Origin: Escherichia phage UPEC03 | Direction: 5' to 3' (one strand) | Length of the DNA: 64,000 nucleotides | Sequence record: MW250785 | In this document: in pieces, positions 17,781 through 26,016 of the stretch | Layout: each line of letters begins with the position of its first letter | How positions within the stretch are numbered: the first letter of the stretch is position 1 | Made by a program: the position numbers and the translations under genes | Notes under the pieces: generated by a model | Told to the model about the DNA's origin: nothing | The model's database searches: none | Seen by the model: only the letters and a program-made list of their open reading frames with translations

Positions 17781-19525
17781 TAATGGCTAGCAATCCATAT
17801 TTTAACGAAGAACAACGTCGCCGGATGCAGAATCCACCAAAACCACAGGCGCAACCGACTGTTCGTAAGATCCAGGCAACGTTAGATAAAGATTCGATGC
17901 GCGAGTTAAAGGATATCAATGATAATACCCTTGAAACCGCGCTGAATACACTGGACATCAAAGACAGTGTGAAATCCTTTGAGGATCGTTTCAAAGAGAA
18001 ATTCGCTGGCTTCCAGGAACAATACGAACAGGATCAGCAACCACTTGCTGAACAGTTGCCCGATTTTGTTGGGCCAGCGCGTCCACCATCATTAACAGAC
18101 AACAGCACAACCAGTGTTGATAACTCCGTCAGTGTATCGAACCAGCATAACCCATTTGCGAAAATCGAAACATACACCGGAACGATTGCAGAAGCAATCA
18201 CCAAGTTTATCGAACTCGCTGAAAAGAAACCAGCCCCCGCGCCGGAACCTGAACCAGTACCGGAAGAGGAACCGGAGGTCGATCGGGACAAGAAGAAGAT
18301 CCGCGATAAGGATAAAGACGAGAAGAAATTCAGCAAGAAAGTATTGTCTTTGCTGGGTGCAATCAAGGATAATACATCCGGTCTTCTGGCTCGCTTTATC
18401 GGTTATTCTCTCGAAGCGCTGGCGAAGTTTGCAAAATGGACTCTGATTATCGGTAGTATCGTATTTGCGATCGACGTACTGAGTAAGGTTGTTCAGAAGT
18501 GGTTCCAGGATATTCTTGCAGAGGGTGAAGCCTCGAAAGATTTGTTTGGTTCATACTTCGGGAATATCAAAACCCTTGCTGAGAAAATCAACGAAGGTCT
18601 GCAAAACTTTGATATGAGTAATTTGGGCGAATCGCTGAAAAACTTGTTCCTTGAACCGTTTAAGGTTCTGGGCGATACCATCAAAACCGCAATCACGGAA
18701 GGTATCGGTAATCTGATTTACGCTCTGGGTGAATATACCGGATCTGAAACAATTACCAACGCCGGACGCGGAATGAAAGTATCAGCACTGCGCGACAAAC
18801 AAAAATACGGTCTTGAAATTGATCCCGATGACCTGATTCTGCTGAAACAGCAGGAGATCCAGGATCAGAATGATAAAGTGGTTGAGGCACGTTCTAAGGT
18901 TGTCGAACAGGTTAAGGCTACCCAGGGCGCATTCTCATATAGTTTCGGACAGCAAACAGACGCACAGAAAGCATTGTCTAAGCAATTGGAACAGATGCGC
19001 GATCGTGTGGCTATTGAAGAAAAGATCACCGAAGAGAAGAAGAAAGAACTGAAAGCATTGCAGGAAAACCCCGCACTGTTACAGGCTGAGGTTGATAAAG
19101 AGAATACCGCTAATCGTAAGCGCGTGGACGAAACCAAACAGATCGAAGCCGCGCAAGCGAAAGCGAAACCTAAAGCGGATAATGAATTCGATCAGGGCGA
19201 TGAAATCCTGAACAAAGACAATCTGACGGGCAACGATAAAAAGGTAATGGAAAAACTCATAGAATCGCTTGAAGAGAAAAACAACTCCAAGAAACTTGAC
19301 GAAGACGATAGCGAACGATTCCGCTCAATGCTTGACCAGTGGCAGAACAAGATCGCCGCAGTACCGGAAAGCAGTGCAAGTATTGACAAGCAACCGGAAG
19401 CAGTGAAAGCCCCTGTTCAGCCTACAACGCCTAACAGCGTTCAGGTCAACAACAAAACAGTAAACAACACGGTTCAGCATTCAGTACAACGAACTGACCG
19501 TAAATCATTGATTGCATTAGCTTAA
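17777..19525 (+). CDS. 29: Baseplate hub / tail-length determinator gp29
   Basis: 582 aa (T4 gp29 is about 590). Low-complexity acidic/Pro-rich N-terminal third and long coiled-coil regions. Position 28-29-48. Confidence 0.7.
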   Translation: MIMASNPYFNEEQRRRMQNPPKPQAQPTVRKIQATLDKDSMRELKDINDNTLETALNTLDIKDSVKSFEDRFKEKFAGFQEQYEQDQQPLAEQLPDFVGPARPPSLTDNSTTSVDNSVSVSNQHNPFAKIETYTGTIAEAITKFIELAEKKPAPAPEPEPVPEEEPEVDRDKKKIRDKDKDEKKFSKKVLSLLGAIKDNTSGLLARFIGYSLEALAKFAKWTLIIGSIVFAIDVLSKVVQKWFQDILAEGEASKDLFGSYFGNIKTLAEKINEGLQNFDMSNLGESLKNLFLEPFKVLGDTIKTAITEGIGNLIYALGEYTGSETITNAGRGMKVSALRDKQKYGLEIDPDDLILLKQQEIQDQNDKVVEARSKVVEQVKATQGAFSYSFGQQTDAQKALSKQLEQMRDRVAIEEKITEEKKKELKALQENPALLQAEVDKENTANRKRVDETKQIEAAQAKAKPKADNEFDQGDEILNKDNLTGNDKKVMEKLIESLEEKNNSKKLDEDDSERFRSMLDQWQNKIAAVPESSASIDKQPEAVKAPVQPTTPNSVQVNNKTVNNTVQHSVQRTDRKSLIALA

Positions 19526-19536
19526 AGGAAATTTAA

Positions 19537-20622
19537 ATGAAAATTACAGTATTGCAAGACACTGTACAATCATTTGCTGAAATCAAAAATGCTGGCATCC
19601 CCTCTGGGGGTGCTGCAACAACTAAAAACGCGTTGACTCAACCGATCGTAACAGCGGAATTTCCTTCCCAACGTGCAGCAGGTATTGATAACGCTTATAA
19701 TGCATCAAGCCTGTATAATAACGGCTTGCTGTTCACAGCATATGATTTCACGGGTGGACTTGCACCAGGCAGTAAAGACAACTACCGCTCATTACGTCAG
19801 GCAGCACAGAACGCGCAACAGATCCTTAGTGCCAACACTGGGAACGTTCGATACAAACAGGTTTTGAATACCCGTACTATGGGTACACTTAACCCCATTT
19901 GTCAAATACTTTTACCGCGAAGCCTGAACGATAACGAAGTGAACTCACACCGTTATCAGGATGCAACCGATAGTATTGTTGCTAAAGGTTTATCCCGTGC
20001 GGTATCAAACGTTATCTGGGGCGCTGTAGAATCCGTTTCTGGTGGTATTCTGGCAGACCGTAGGGAAGCAATCGACATCGGTACGAAAGCAGCGTTTCAA
20101 GGCTCTGATAAGCGCACAAAGATGTATTACAATACATTCGTTATCGAAAGCCGTTATGACCTGCTGGAACTGATTAAAATCTATTACCTGTTCACGGTGC
20201 TGGGTTATGGTACTACTTCTGGCGGTACTCCAGCAGAATTAGCCGGACTGGTTAAACAAGCGTATAATTCCAGCGCTTCGAAGGTTGCAAACGTTTTTGC
20301 ACCATCAACAAACCAGACGACAGCAAGCGATTTCAACGGCAGCATCGGGGATCAGATTGTTGACTTCGTATCGAACGTTGAAGTTATTAAATCGCCTCCT
20401 GTGTGGTTTATTCGTGACTTCCAGACAGGTGACAGTTTGCGGTTCCCTCATTCCACGTTCGGGCCAGCAGGTATTACCAGCGTTCGTTTCGGGCGTACAA
20501 TGGACAACATTGTAAATACGTTGAGAGAATCACCGAACACCCCGATCGCAGTTGAAATCGAAATTCAGTTTATGGAACTGATCGATATGCGTCAGGATTC
20601 GATTTTTGATACGCAGTATTAA
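19537..20622 (+). CDS. 48: Baseplate tail-tube cap gp48
   Basis: 361 aa (T4 gp48 is about 364), between 29 and 54. Confidence 0.65.
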   Translation: MKITVLQDTVQSFAEIKNAGIPSGGAATTKNALTQPIVTAEFPSQRAAGIDNAYNASSLYNNGLLFTAYDFTGGLAPGSKDNYRSLRQAAQNAQQILSANTGNVRYKQVLNTRTMGTLNPICQILLPRSLNDNEVNSHRYQDATDSIVAKGLSRAVSNVIWGAVESVSGGILADRREAIDIGTKAAFQGSDKRTKMYYNTFVIESRYDLLELIKIYYLFTVLGYGTTSGGTPAELAGLVKQAYNSSASKVANVFAPSTNQTTASDFNGSIGDQIVDFVSNVEVIKSPPVWFIRDFQTGDSLRFPHSTFGPAGITSVRFGRTMDNIVNTLRESPNTPIAVEIEIQFMELIDMRQDSIFDTQY

Positions 20623-20631
20623 GGGGGAACA

Positions 20632-21495
20632 ATGTTCTATAGCGTAGATGAATTTTTGTCAGGAATGGCAAATAGAGACTTTCAGCGAAGCAACCTGTTT
20701 AGTGTTGTATTCGCAACCAGTCCTGCATCACGCATTCTCGACAGCACGATCGGGAGTATCCGCGATACTTTAATAGATGGTACTATGAGTTCCATTAACG
20801 CGAATAACCCGAACGAGTTCATGAACGCTATTACAGGGGGCGTAAGCAAGCTATTCAGCTATACAGTTGATAAAGCTATTATGTCCCTGAACAAAACAGG
20901 TTTCAGTAAAATCATGGGGGCGTTAAGCCCTCGTTTAATTACTTCCCTGTTTGGTGATAGTGTTTACGGACAGATGCTAACAGAATTCCGTGACAAAATG
21001 ATGTATAATATGGGGTTGAGCATCGTTGGTGTTCAGTTGCCTGGCAAAACGCTGGGTTATGAATACGTGTATAATGGCGGTGTACCCCAGATCCGATTCA
21101 CCCGACCGGAGAATGGAGAATTATCACTAACGTTCCGTGTGGATTCAGAAGCGCGTAACCTGAAAGTATTCAACGAATGGTTATCGGCTATTCGCGATGA
21201 TATTACAGGCCAGTTCGCATTCATTGATGAAGTATCAAGCGCGATCCAGGTAAACTTACACAATCGCGATGGTGTCCCGCACAGCACGTATGTATTCCAG
21301 AAGTGTTTGCCTGTTAAAGTCAGCAACCCAGAACTGAGTTATGAAAGCAATAACGAAATCTGGACATTCACTGTTGACTTTGCATATAAAACAGGCTGGC
21401 TTGTCGAAGCAGATAAAGAAGGTTGGGACGGATTCAAACAATCACTTATCGAAGGGGCAGCAATTGCCGTTCGTGGTGTGGTTACAGGACAATAA
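20632..21495 (+). CDS. 54: Baseplate tail-tube initiator gp54
   Basis: 287 aa. MFYSVDEFLSGMANRDFQRSNLFSVVFATSP matches the recalled T4 gp54 N-terminus (gp19-like fold). Confidence 0.85.
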   Translation: MFYSVDEFLSGMANRDFQRSNLFSVVFATSPASRILDSTIGSIRDTLIDGTMSSINANNPNEFMNAITGGVSKLFSYTVDKAIMSLNKTGFSKIMGALSPRLITSLFGDSVYGQMLTEFRDKMMYNMGLSIVGVQLPGKTLGYEYVYNGGVPQIRFTRPENGELSLTFRVDSEARNLKVFNEWLSAIRDDITGQFAFIDEVSSAIQVNLHNRDGVPHSTYVFQKCLPVKVSNPELSYESNNEIWTFTVDFAYKTGWLVEADKEGWDGFKQSLIEGAAIAVRGVVTGQ

Positions 21496-21513
21496 GGGGC
21501 GAAAGCCCCTTTT
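21495..21513 (+). terminator. Hairpin with T-run after gene 54 (attenuator)
   Basis: AGGGGC-GAAA-GCCCCT followed by TTTT, inside the late operon. Confidence 0.45.
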
Positions 21514-21522
21514 GAGGTTAAA

Positions 21523-22266
21523 ATGATTGACATAATCCGCGTAAAACTCCCAGGTGGAGTGAAGCGATTCCCTATGTTTACCGTGCGCGATCAATTGAGT
21601 TTCTTACTCACAAGCGCGGACATGGAAGGGAAGACGCTCACAGAACAGCAAGAAATGCTGGATGAAATTTTAGATATTCTGTATCCGGGTTATTCCCGCA
21701 CCGAACAGGAAAACATTTTCACTAAGGTGTATTGTGTATCGTTCGGTAAGAACGCAATCAAGATCCGAATCAAAGGCAGCAGCGGACAATCAGAAGCATT
21801 CATGCATGTAACTGATTACGTTTTGCAAAATGAATATGCCCTTGATGATTCGCTTACTCTGGGATTCAAATTCCCGAAACATCGTAACAACAGTGAACAA
21901 TTATTCCTTGAATGTATCCAGTATGTCAAGCAGGACGGCGAAAGATACGAATGGAATGCATTAGACGAGGATACAAAGAACGCGATCCTGGATCTGGTGT
22001 CTATTGAAGATATGGAAAATATCGTTAAACTGTTACGCAAGTCCTGTCATGTTACCGTGCGTGATATTGAGTTCAGCGACTTATTGACACTGTACAAAAT
22101 CCTGTTCAACAAATCAGAACTGAATGAGTTCTTCAAAACCAACTATTTGTTAAATAAGAATACCGTACAGATTGAACCTATAATGAATGGAAGCCCGATG
22201 GAACGTTCAATTTACGTTGCATTGCTGGCAGAAGACTTGAAACGAAAAGAGAATGCAAATGCGTAA
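21523..22266 (+). CDS. Baseplate hub assembly protein (gp51-like by size and position)
   Basis: 247 aa (T4 gp51 is about 249), in the late operon between 54 and 25. Confidence 0.4.
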   Translation: MIDIIRVKLPGGVKRFPMFTVRDQLSFLLTSADMEGKTLTEQQEMLDEILDILYPGYSRTEQENIFTKVYCVSFGKNAIKIRIKGSSGQSEAFMHVTDYVLQNEYALDDSLTLGFKFPKHRNNSEQLFLECIQYVKQDGERYEWNALDEDTKNAILDLVSIEDMENIVKLLRKSCHVTVRDIEFSDLLTLYKILFNKSELNEFFKTNYLLNKNTVQIEPIMNGSPMERSIYVALLAEDLKRKENANA

Positions 22267-22816
22267 ACATACCCCCCGACATATCCCAAAATATAATGTG
22301 ACTTATCGCCCGTTAACCATTGGCGATCTTGATGATACGGATAACTTCATCATTGAAGGTGATGTGTTCAGGCATCAGCGCGATTATGTTTACATTATGG
22401 CTCTGTTCGACAGTATCAACAAAGAGACTGTAGATCTCCAAATCAAATGCCCTGAATGCGGGGAACTGATTAAGTTTGTGCTCAACCGTCATCATATCAT
22501 GGTGGATGAATACGAAGAAAAGCTGTATGGCAATGAGATCAAGATTTCAGTTGAACCACGTCGCACCGGAAAGGAAGAGTTACCCGAACTGATTAAGTTT
22601 GTTGTCATCGACGGTGAACAAATCTTATGGGATGACTGTAAAGAGTCAGAGAAAGAAGCCGTTCTGGATAGTATCGACTATCCGGTCTTTAAATCAATAA
22701 ATAGCGCCCTGGATAAGCCAGCAATCGTTGCAAACATTCCGGTAAGGTGTTCGTGTGGCTACGAGCATATCGTTGCACTGAGAGGCTTAGAGGCGTTTCT
22801 AAAGGTGGTTGGATAA
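22253..22816 (+). CDS. Baseplate hub protein (gp26-like by position) with zinc ribbon
   Basis: 187 aa, adjacent to gene 25 as gene 26 is in T4. Contains CPECG...CSCG. Confidence 0.4.
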   Translation: MQMRKHTPRHIPKYNVTYRPLTIGDLDDTDNFIIEGDVFRHQRDYVYIMALFDSINKETVDLQIKCPECGELIKFVLNRHHIMVDEYEEKLYGNEIKISVEPRRTGKEELPELIKFVVIDGEQILWDDCKESEKEAVLDSIDYPVFKSINSALDKPAIVANIPVRCSCGYEHIVALRGLEAFLKVVG

Positions 22817-22817
22817 A

Positions 22818-23210
22818 ATGGGTGTTAACCTTCGCTTACTGTATAGCGATATCGATCCCAACTTAACAAAAGACTGGAACAATGACGTAACCGCCTCGAA
22901 AGGGGCGGCAGCGGTAAAGAATAGTCTGATCGGTATCGTAACAACACAAAAAGGCACACGGCCTTTCGATAGCAACTTTGGTTGTGAGATCGGGGAACAG
23001 ATTTTCGAGAACATGAACCCGCTAACAGCGGAAGCAGTAAGGACTTCGATTGTCTCCGCGATCCGCACATACGAACCCCGTGTTTACAATCTGGATGTTG
23101 AAGTGATTCCGCAGTATGACGAAAACGCAATCACCGTGACGATTTACTACAGCATCATTGATGAACCGGAAGAAGTAGAAAGAATCAAACTCCAGCTATC
23201 ATCCTCATAA
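22818..23210 (+). CDS. 25: Baseplate wedge subunit gp25
   Basis: 130 aa from ATG 22818. LYSDIDPNLTKDWNNDV..TRPFDSNFGC..YEPRV..IKLQLSSS is collinear with T4 gp25 as recalled. Confidence 0.9.
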   Translation: MGVNLRLLYSDIDPNLTKDWNNDVTASKGAAAVKNSLIGIVTTQKGTRPFDSNFGCEIGEQIFENMNPLTAEAVRTSIVSAIRTYEPRVYNLDVEVIPQYDENAITVTIYYSIIDEPEEVERIKLQLSSS

Positions 23211-23212
23211 CA

Positions 23213-23234
23213 AAAAGCCCCTTTCGGGGCTTTT
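23213..23234. terminator. Bidirectional terminator between convergent late (+) and early (-) units
   Basis: AAAAGCCCC-TTTC-GGGGCTTTT, with A/T runs on both sides. Confidence 0.8.
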
Positions 23235-23235
23235 C

Positions 23236-23733
23236 TTATTCCATCACGATCCAGCCCATTAGCTGTTGATATCGCAATTCGAACGGGGTGATGAAAGAGC
23301 GGTTATTGATAACCTTCGTCCCGTTGTAGGACTTAATCACTTCTTCACCACGAAGTACATATTCGTATACTTCGTCCATAGTGTCGTAACGCACTTCTTC
23401 GACTTCGAAGCAGAAGTTGGAATATTCAATCATCCCGATCTTGTTCGCGTAACGACGTTCGATACAACCCTGTTTTTCAATCTGAGTAATCGCAGTATCA
23501 ATGAACTGCGCAAGTGCTTGCATGAAATTACCACATTCGACTTCACGGCCCCCGCTTGAGATAGCCAGGTAAACGCGGTTCAATCCATCATTACCGATGT
23601 AGCCGATGCAATCGCCACCGATATTAACAGCCCACACTTTACCCATTGGCCCCATACCCATTCTGTTCTCACTACGAGAAACACCTTTCAGTAACAGTGC
23701 CATGATACCGCCGCGAACGTAATTCATTTTCAT
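23236..23733 (-). CDS. Hypothetical protein (165 aa)
   Basis: SD AAGGGG upstream. Confidence 0.6.
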   Translation of the reverse strand: MKMNYVRGGIMALLLKGVSRSENRMGMGPMGKVWAVNIGGDCIGYIGNDGLNRVYLAISSGGREVECGNFMQALAQFIDTAITQIEKQGCIERRYANKIGMIEYSNFCFEVEEVRYDTMDEVYEYVLRGEEVIKSYNGTKVINNRSFITPFELRYQQLMGWIVME

Positions 23734-23743
23734 GATAAGCCCC

Positions 23744-23974
23744 TTATTTTTTCAGGTTGATTAACCAAGATGGTTGGGTTTCTAAACTAACCGCTTTCCA
23801 AGCATATGCAACACTATAACCGGAATACGTCTGACATACAACAGCATTTTCATTTAAATATTTCACTTTGTGATTTGCCTCTTGTTCATCCAGGGCAGCA
23901 CACACGATATTCTTTTCATACACCCCGCCGTTTGGCTGGATAATGGTTTCTTCAATCAGATAAACGCTGTTCAT
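23744..23974 (-). CDS. Hypothetical protein (76 aa)
   Basis: ATGA coupling. Confidence 0.55.
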   Translation of the reverse strand: MNSVYLIEETIIQPNGGVYEKNIVCAALDEQEANHKVKYLNENAVVCQTYSGYSVAYAWKAVSLETQPSWLINLKK

Positions 23975-24186
23975 GCTAATTCCTTCTCGATTGCTTCGAT
24001 GATGTGGAGAACGTAACCGTTCAGTTCTTTTGCTTTATCAGCGGCTTCAACCATACCGTAACGAGGAACTTCTAAAACGTTCGCACCTTCGAGCAGGTTG
24101 CTTTCGATGTCTACGATTACGTAGCTCTCACCGATTACTGCGCCTTTTCTCCAGTCTTTTACGAACTTCATCATTTTAGCTTTCAT
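23971..24186 (-). CDS. Hypothetical protein (71 aa)
   Basis: ATG 24186 preceded by AAAGGAACGAGAAC. The longer track ORF reads through the PeSL. Confidence 0.55.
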   Translation of the reverse strand: MKAKMMKFVKDWRKGAVIGESYVIVDIESNLLEGANVLEVPRYGMVEAADKAKELNGYVLHIIEAIEKELA

Positions 24187-24224
24187 GTTCTCGTTCCTTT
24201 TGGCTGTTCCGTTTCGATATGTGT

Positions 24225-24263
24225 AATATAACAAAGCCCTCACCGAGAGGCAAGGGCTTTTTT
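24225..24263 (-). promoter_or_regulatory. PeSL-type terminator/early-promoter stem-loop (class A)
   Basis: - strand: hairpin 24260-24233, -35 TTGCCT (24253-24248), 17 nt spacer, -10 TATATT (24230-24225), leader ACACATATCGAAACGGAAC. Confidence 0.7.
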
Positions 24264-24266
24264 GAT

Positions 24267-24557
24267 TTAATGCATAAAAGATTTGACGTACTTCACGATT
24301 TCTTCACGACACATATCGACCGGAGTATCCTCTGCAATAGCAGCATGACAGAAGATTTCACCATCCAGCCAGAACGATAGCATGTACTGAATATCCCGAC
24401 CTTCGTTTTCTTTCTGGTGTTTCTTGATGCGATCAAATGCATCATCCATACTTTCGGTAGCTGTAAGCATTTCAGATTCACCCGCTACAGCAGCCATTTC
24501 CCCAGCTTCATCACTGAATTCGCTTTCCAGTTCTTCCCAGTATACTATCGTTATCAT
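24267..24557 (-). CDS. Acidic hypothetical protein (96 aa)
   Basis: Last ORF of the coupled array, followed by the PeSL terminator. Confidence 0.55.
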   Translation of the reverse strand: MITIVYWEELESEFSDEAGEMAAVAGESEMLTATESMDDAFDRIKKHQKENEGRDIQYMLSFWLDGEIFCHAAIAEDTPVDMCREEIVKYVKSFMH

Positions 24558-24560
24558 GGA

Positions 24561-24701
24561 TTACCCCAAACAGATTTTACATTTACAGAGAGGACATTCC
24601 GCCTCTTTAACGCGCAAGCGCTTTGTTGCTGTTCGCTTCGCTGTGTTGTGATCATACACATGCAAACAGCGATAACAGATCACCAATCGTTTAGCCGTCA
24701 T
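24561..24701 (-). CDS. Small zinc-ribbon protein (46 aa; below track cutoff)
   Basis: MTAKRLVICYRCLHVYDHNTAKRTATKRLRVKEAECPLCKCKICLG. Has CxxC...CxxCxCxxC. The ATG overlaps the upstream stop by 11 nt. Confidence 0.5.
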   Translation of the reverse strand: MTAKRLVICYRCLHVYDHNTAKRTATKRLRVKEAECPLCKCKICLG

Positions 24702-25164
24702 AACCACCACCGCAACGAACATCACCTTCAATGAACAGTTCGCGGTTATCTCTCAGGAGATTGTATTTCTTTTCGAGTTCCGGCCCGAATGCGTCCGCGT
24801 CGTCATACCAGTCATAGTTATAACTTCCGGTTTCCTCGTCGTATTCCGGTTCGTCGCCGCACTCATTGAAGTGAACGATTTTAACATCATCCAGATTCAG
24901 TTCTTTCAGCTTGTCCCAGATGCGGGTTATTTCGACGCTATTACATCCGAACGCTTCCAGTGTGATTGTACCGTCATCATGTACTTGAGGAACACCCCAG
25001 CGCGGACGATGATGAATTTCGGTGATCATATCCATCAGCGATTCAACGTTTGACTCACCGTAAATCTTTGCAACTTCCTGTTCTTTACCAGGGCGGACAA
25101 GTCCTATCCCGATAATGAAACTACTGCTTGAGCTATTGCTCACGAACCCAGAACGGATCTTCAT
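24691..25164 (-). CDS. SNSSSSSF-motif protein, paralog B (157 aa)
   Basis: N-terminus MKIRSGFVSNSSSSSFI is identical to that of the ORF at 28599-29111. Acidic/aromatic C-terminal half. ATGA-coupled. Confidence 0.75.
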   Translation of the reverse strand: MKIRSGFVSNSSSSSFIIGIGLVRPGKEQEVAKIYGESNVESLMDMITEIHHRPRWGVPQVHDDGTITLEAFGCNSVEITRIWDKLKELNLDDVKIVHFNECGDEPEYDEETGSYNYDWYDDADAFGPELEKKYNLLRDNRELFIEGDVRCGGGYDG

Positions 25165-25352
25165 CGCCTTGCCTCGTATTTCGCGTTATCTGCGATTTTC
25201 TCATGATACAGGTTGTATGACAACACCAGCGGGATACAAGCTACTATAAGCCCGATGATAGCCAGTTGATATTCGCGTTTATCGAACGCCATGAATGTAA
25301 TCGTAGCGCCCAGAATAAACACACCTAACGCAATGATGAAGAATAATGTCAT
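25161..25352 (-). CDS. Small two-TM membrane protein (63 aa)
   Basis: Two hydrophobic helices. ATGA coupling on both sides. Confidence 0.6.
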   Translation of the reverse strand: MTLFFIIALGVFILGATITFMAFDKREYQLAIIGLIVACIPLVLSYNLYHEKIADNAKYEARR

Positions 25353-25975
25353 TTTGGCAGGGTATCCATTTCACGAGATTTTGCTTTCAGGATGTCAATC
25401 ACAGTAGTCATCGCCTGTTCTACATCACCATCATAGTGAACCAGGAATGTTTTGTGAAGTCCCATGATCAGACGATTGATGATATAAGCCATTTCTGACG
25501 GTAACAGTTTACCATTCTGGCGATCGTACTTTCCAAACAAGCGGTAGAGTTCTGCGCTGTTGCCTGGCTTCTCAATGCTGAAATTATGCATCCCAGACAG
25601 AATACCATCCAGATACAGAACAGTTTTGTTATCACTACGCAGGTGTCCGCCGACCTTGTAGTAGTTGCTGAATACATACGGTTTTTCGCGGATATCTTCG
25701 ATATCGAAATCACCATGATCTTCGATGTTGCCAACATGGGCGAAGAAATGATGATCTTCCAGTTCGAGAAGGATTGCACCCTTTTTGTATGGGAATCCGA
25801 CTAAATCGATCTGCCAGCCATTTTCACCGACAAAGACATCATCGACAACCACGAAATCCGGCAGCATAGGCGCGTATGCGTGGTTCTTTTCGTTGTTTTC
25901 ACGATAGGCTTGTGGTTCGGACAGATACAGGATATCGCCTTTTACAACTTCACCCCAGAATACGTTACGTGACAT
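25349..25975 (-). CDS. Hypothetical protein (208 aa)
   Basis: ATG 25975 preceded by GAGGAAAATAAT. The track start at 26014 lies inside the hairpin. Confidence 0.6.
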   Translation of the reverse strand: MSRNVFWGEVVKGDILYLSEPQAYRENNEKNHAYAPMLPDFVVVDDVFVGENGWQIDLVGFPYKKGAILLELEDHHFFAHVGNIEDHGDFDIEDIREKPYVFSNYYKVGGHLRSDNKTVLYLDGILSGMHNFSIEKPGNSAELYRLFGKYDRQNGKLLPSEMAYIINRLIMGLHKTFLVHYDGDVEQAMTTVIDILKAKSREMDTLPK

Positions 25976-25992
25976 ATTATTTTCCTCAATAT

Positions 25993-26008
25993 GCCCCCTT
26001 TCGGGGGC
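25993..26008 (-). promoter_or_regulatory. Intercistronic GC hairpin after the vWA gene
   Basis: GCCCCC-TTTC-GGGGGC with no strong T-run. Candidate RNA-stability or attenuation element. Confidence 0.4.
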
Positions 26009-26016
26009 GGTCATTG

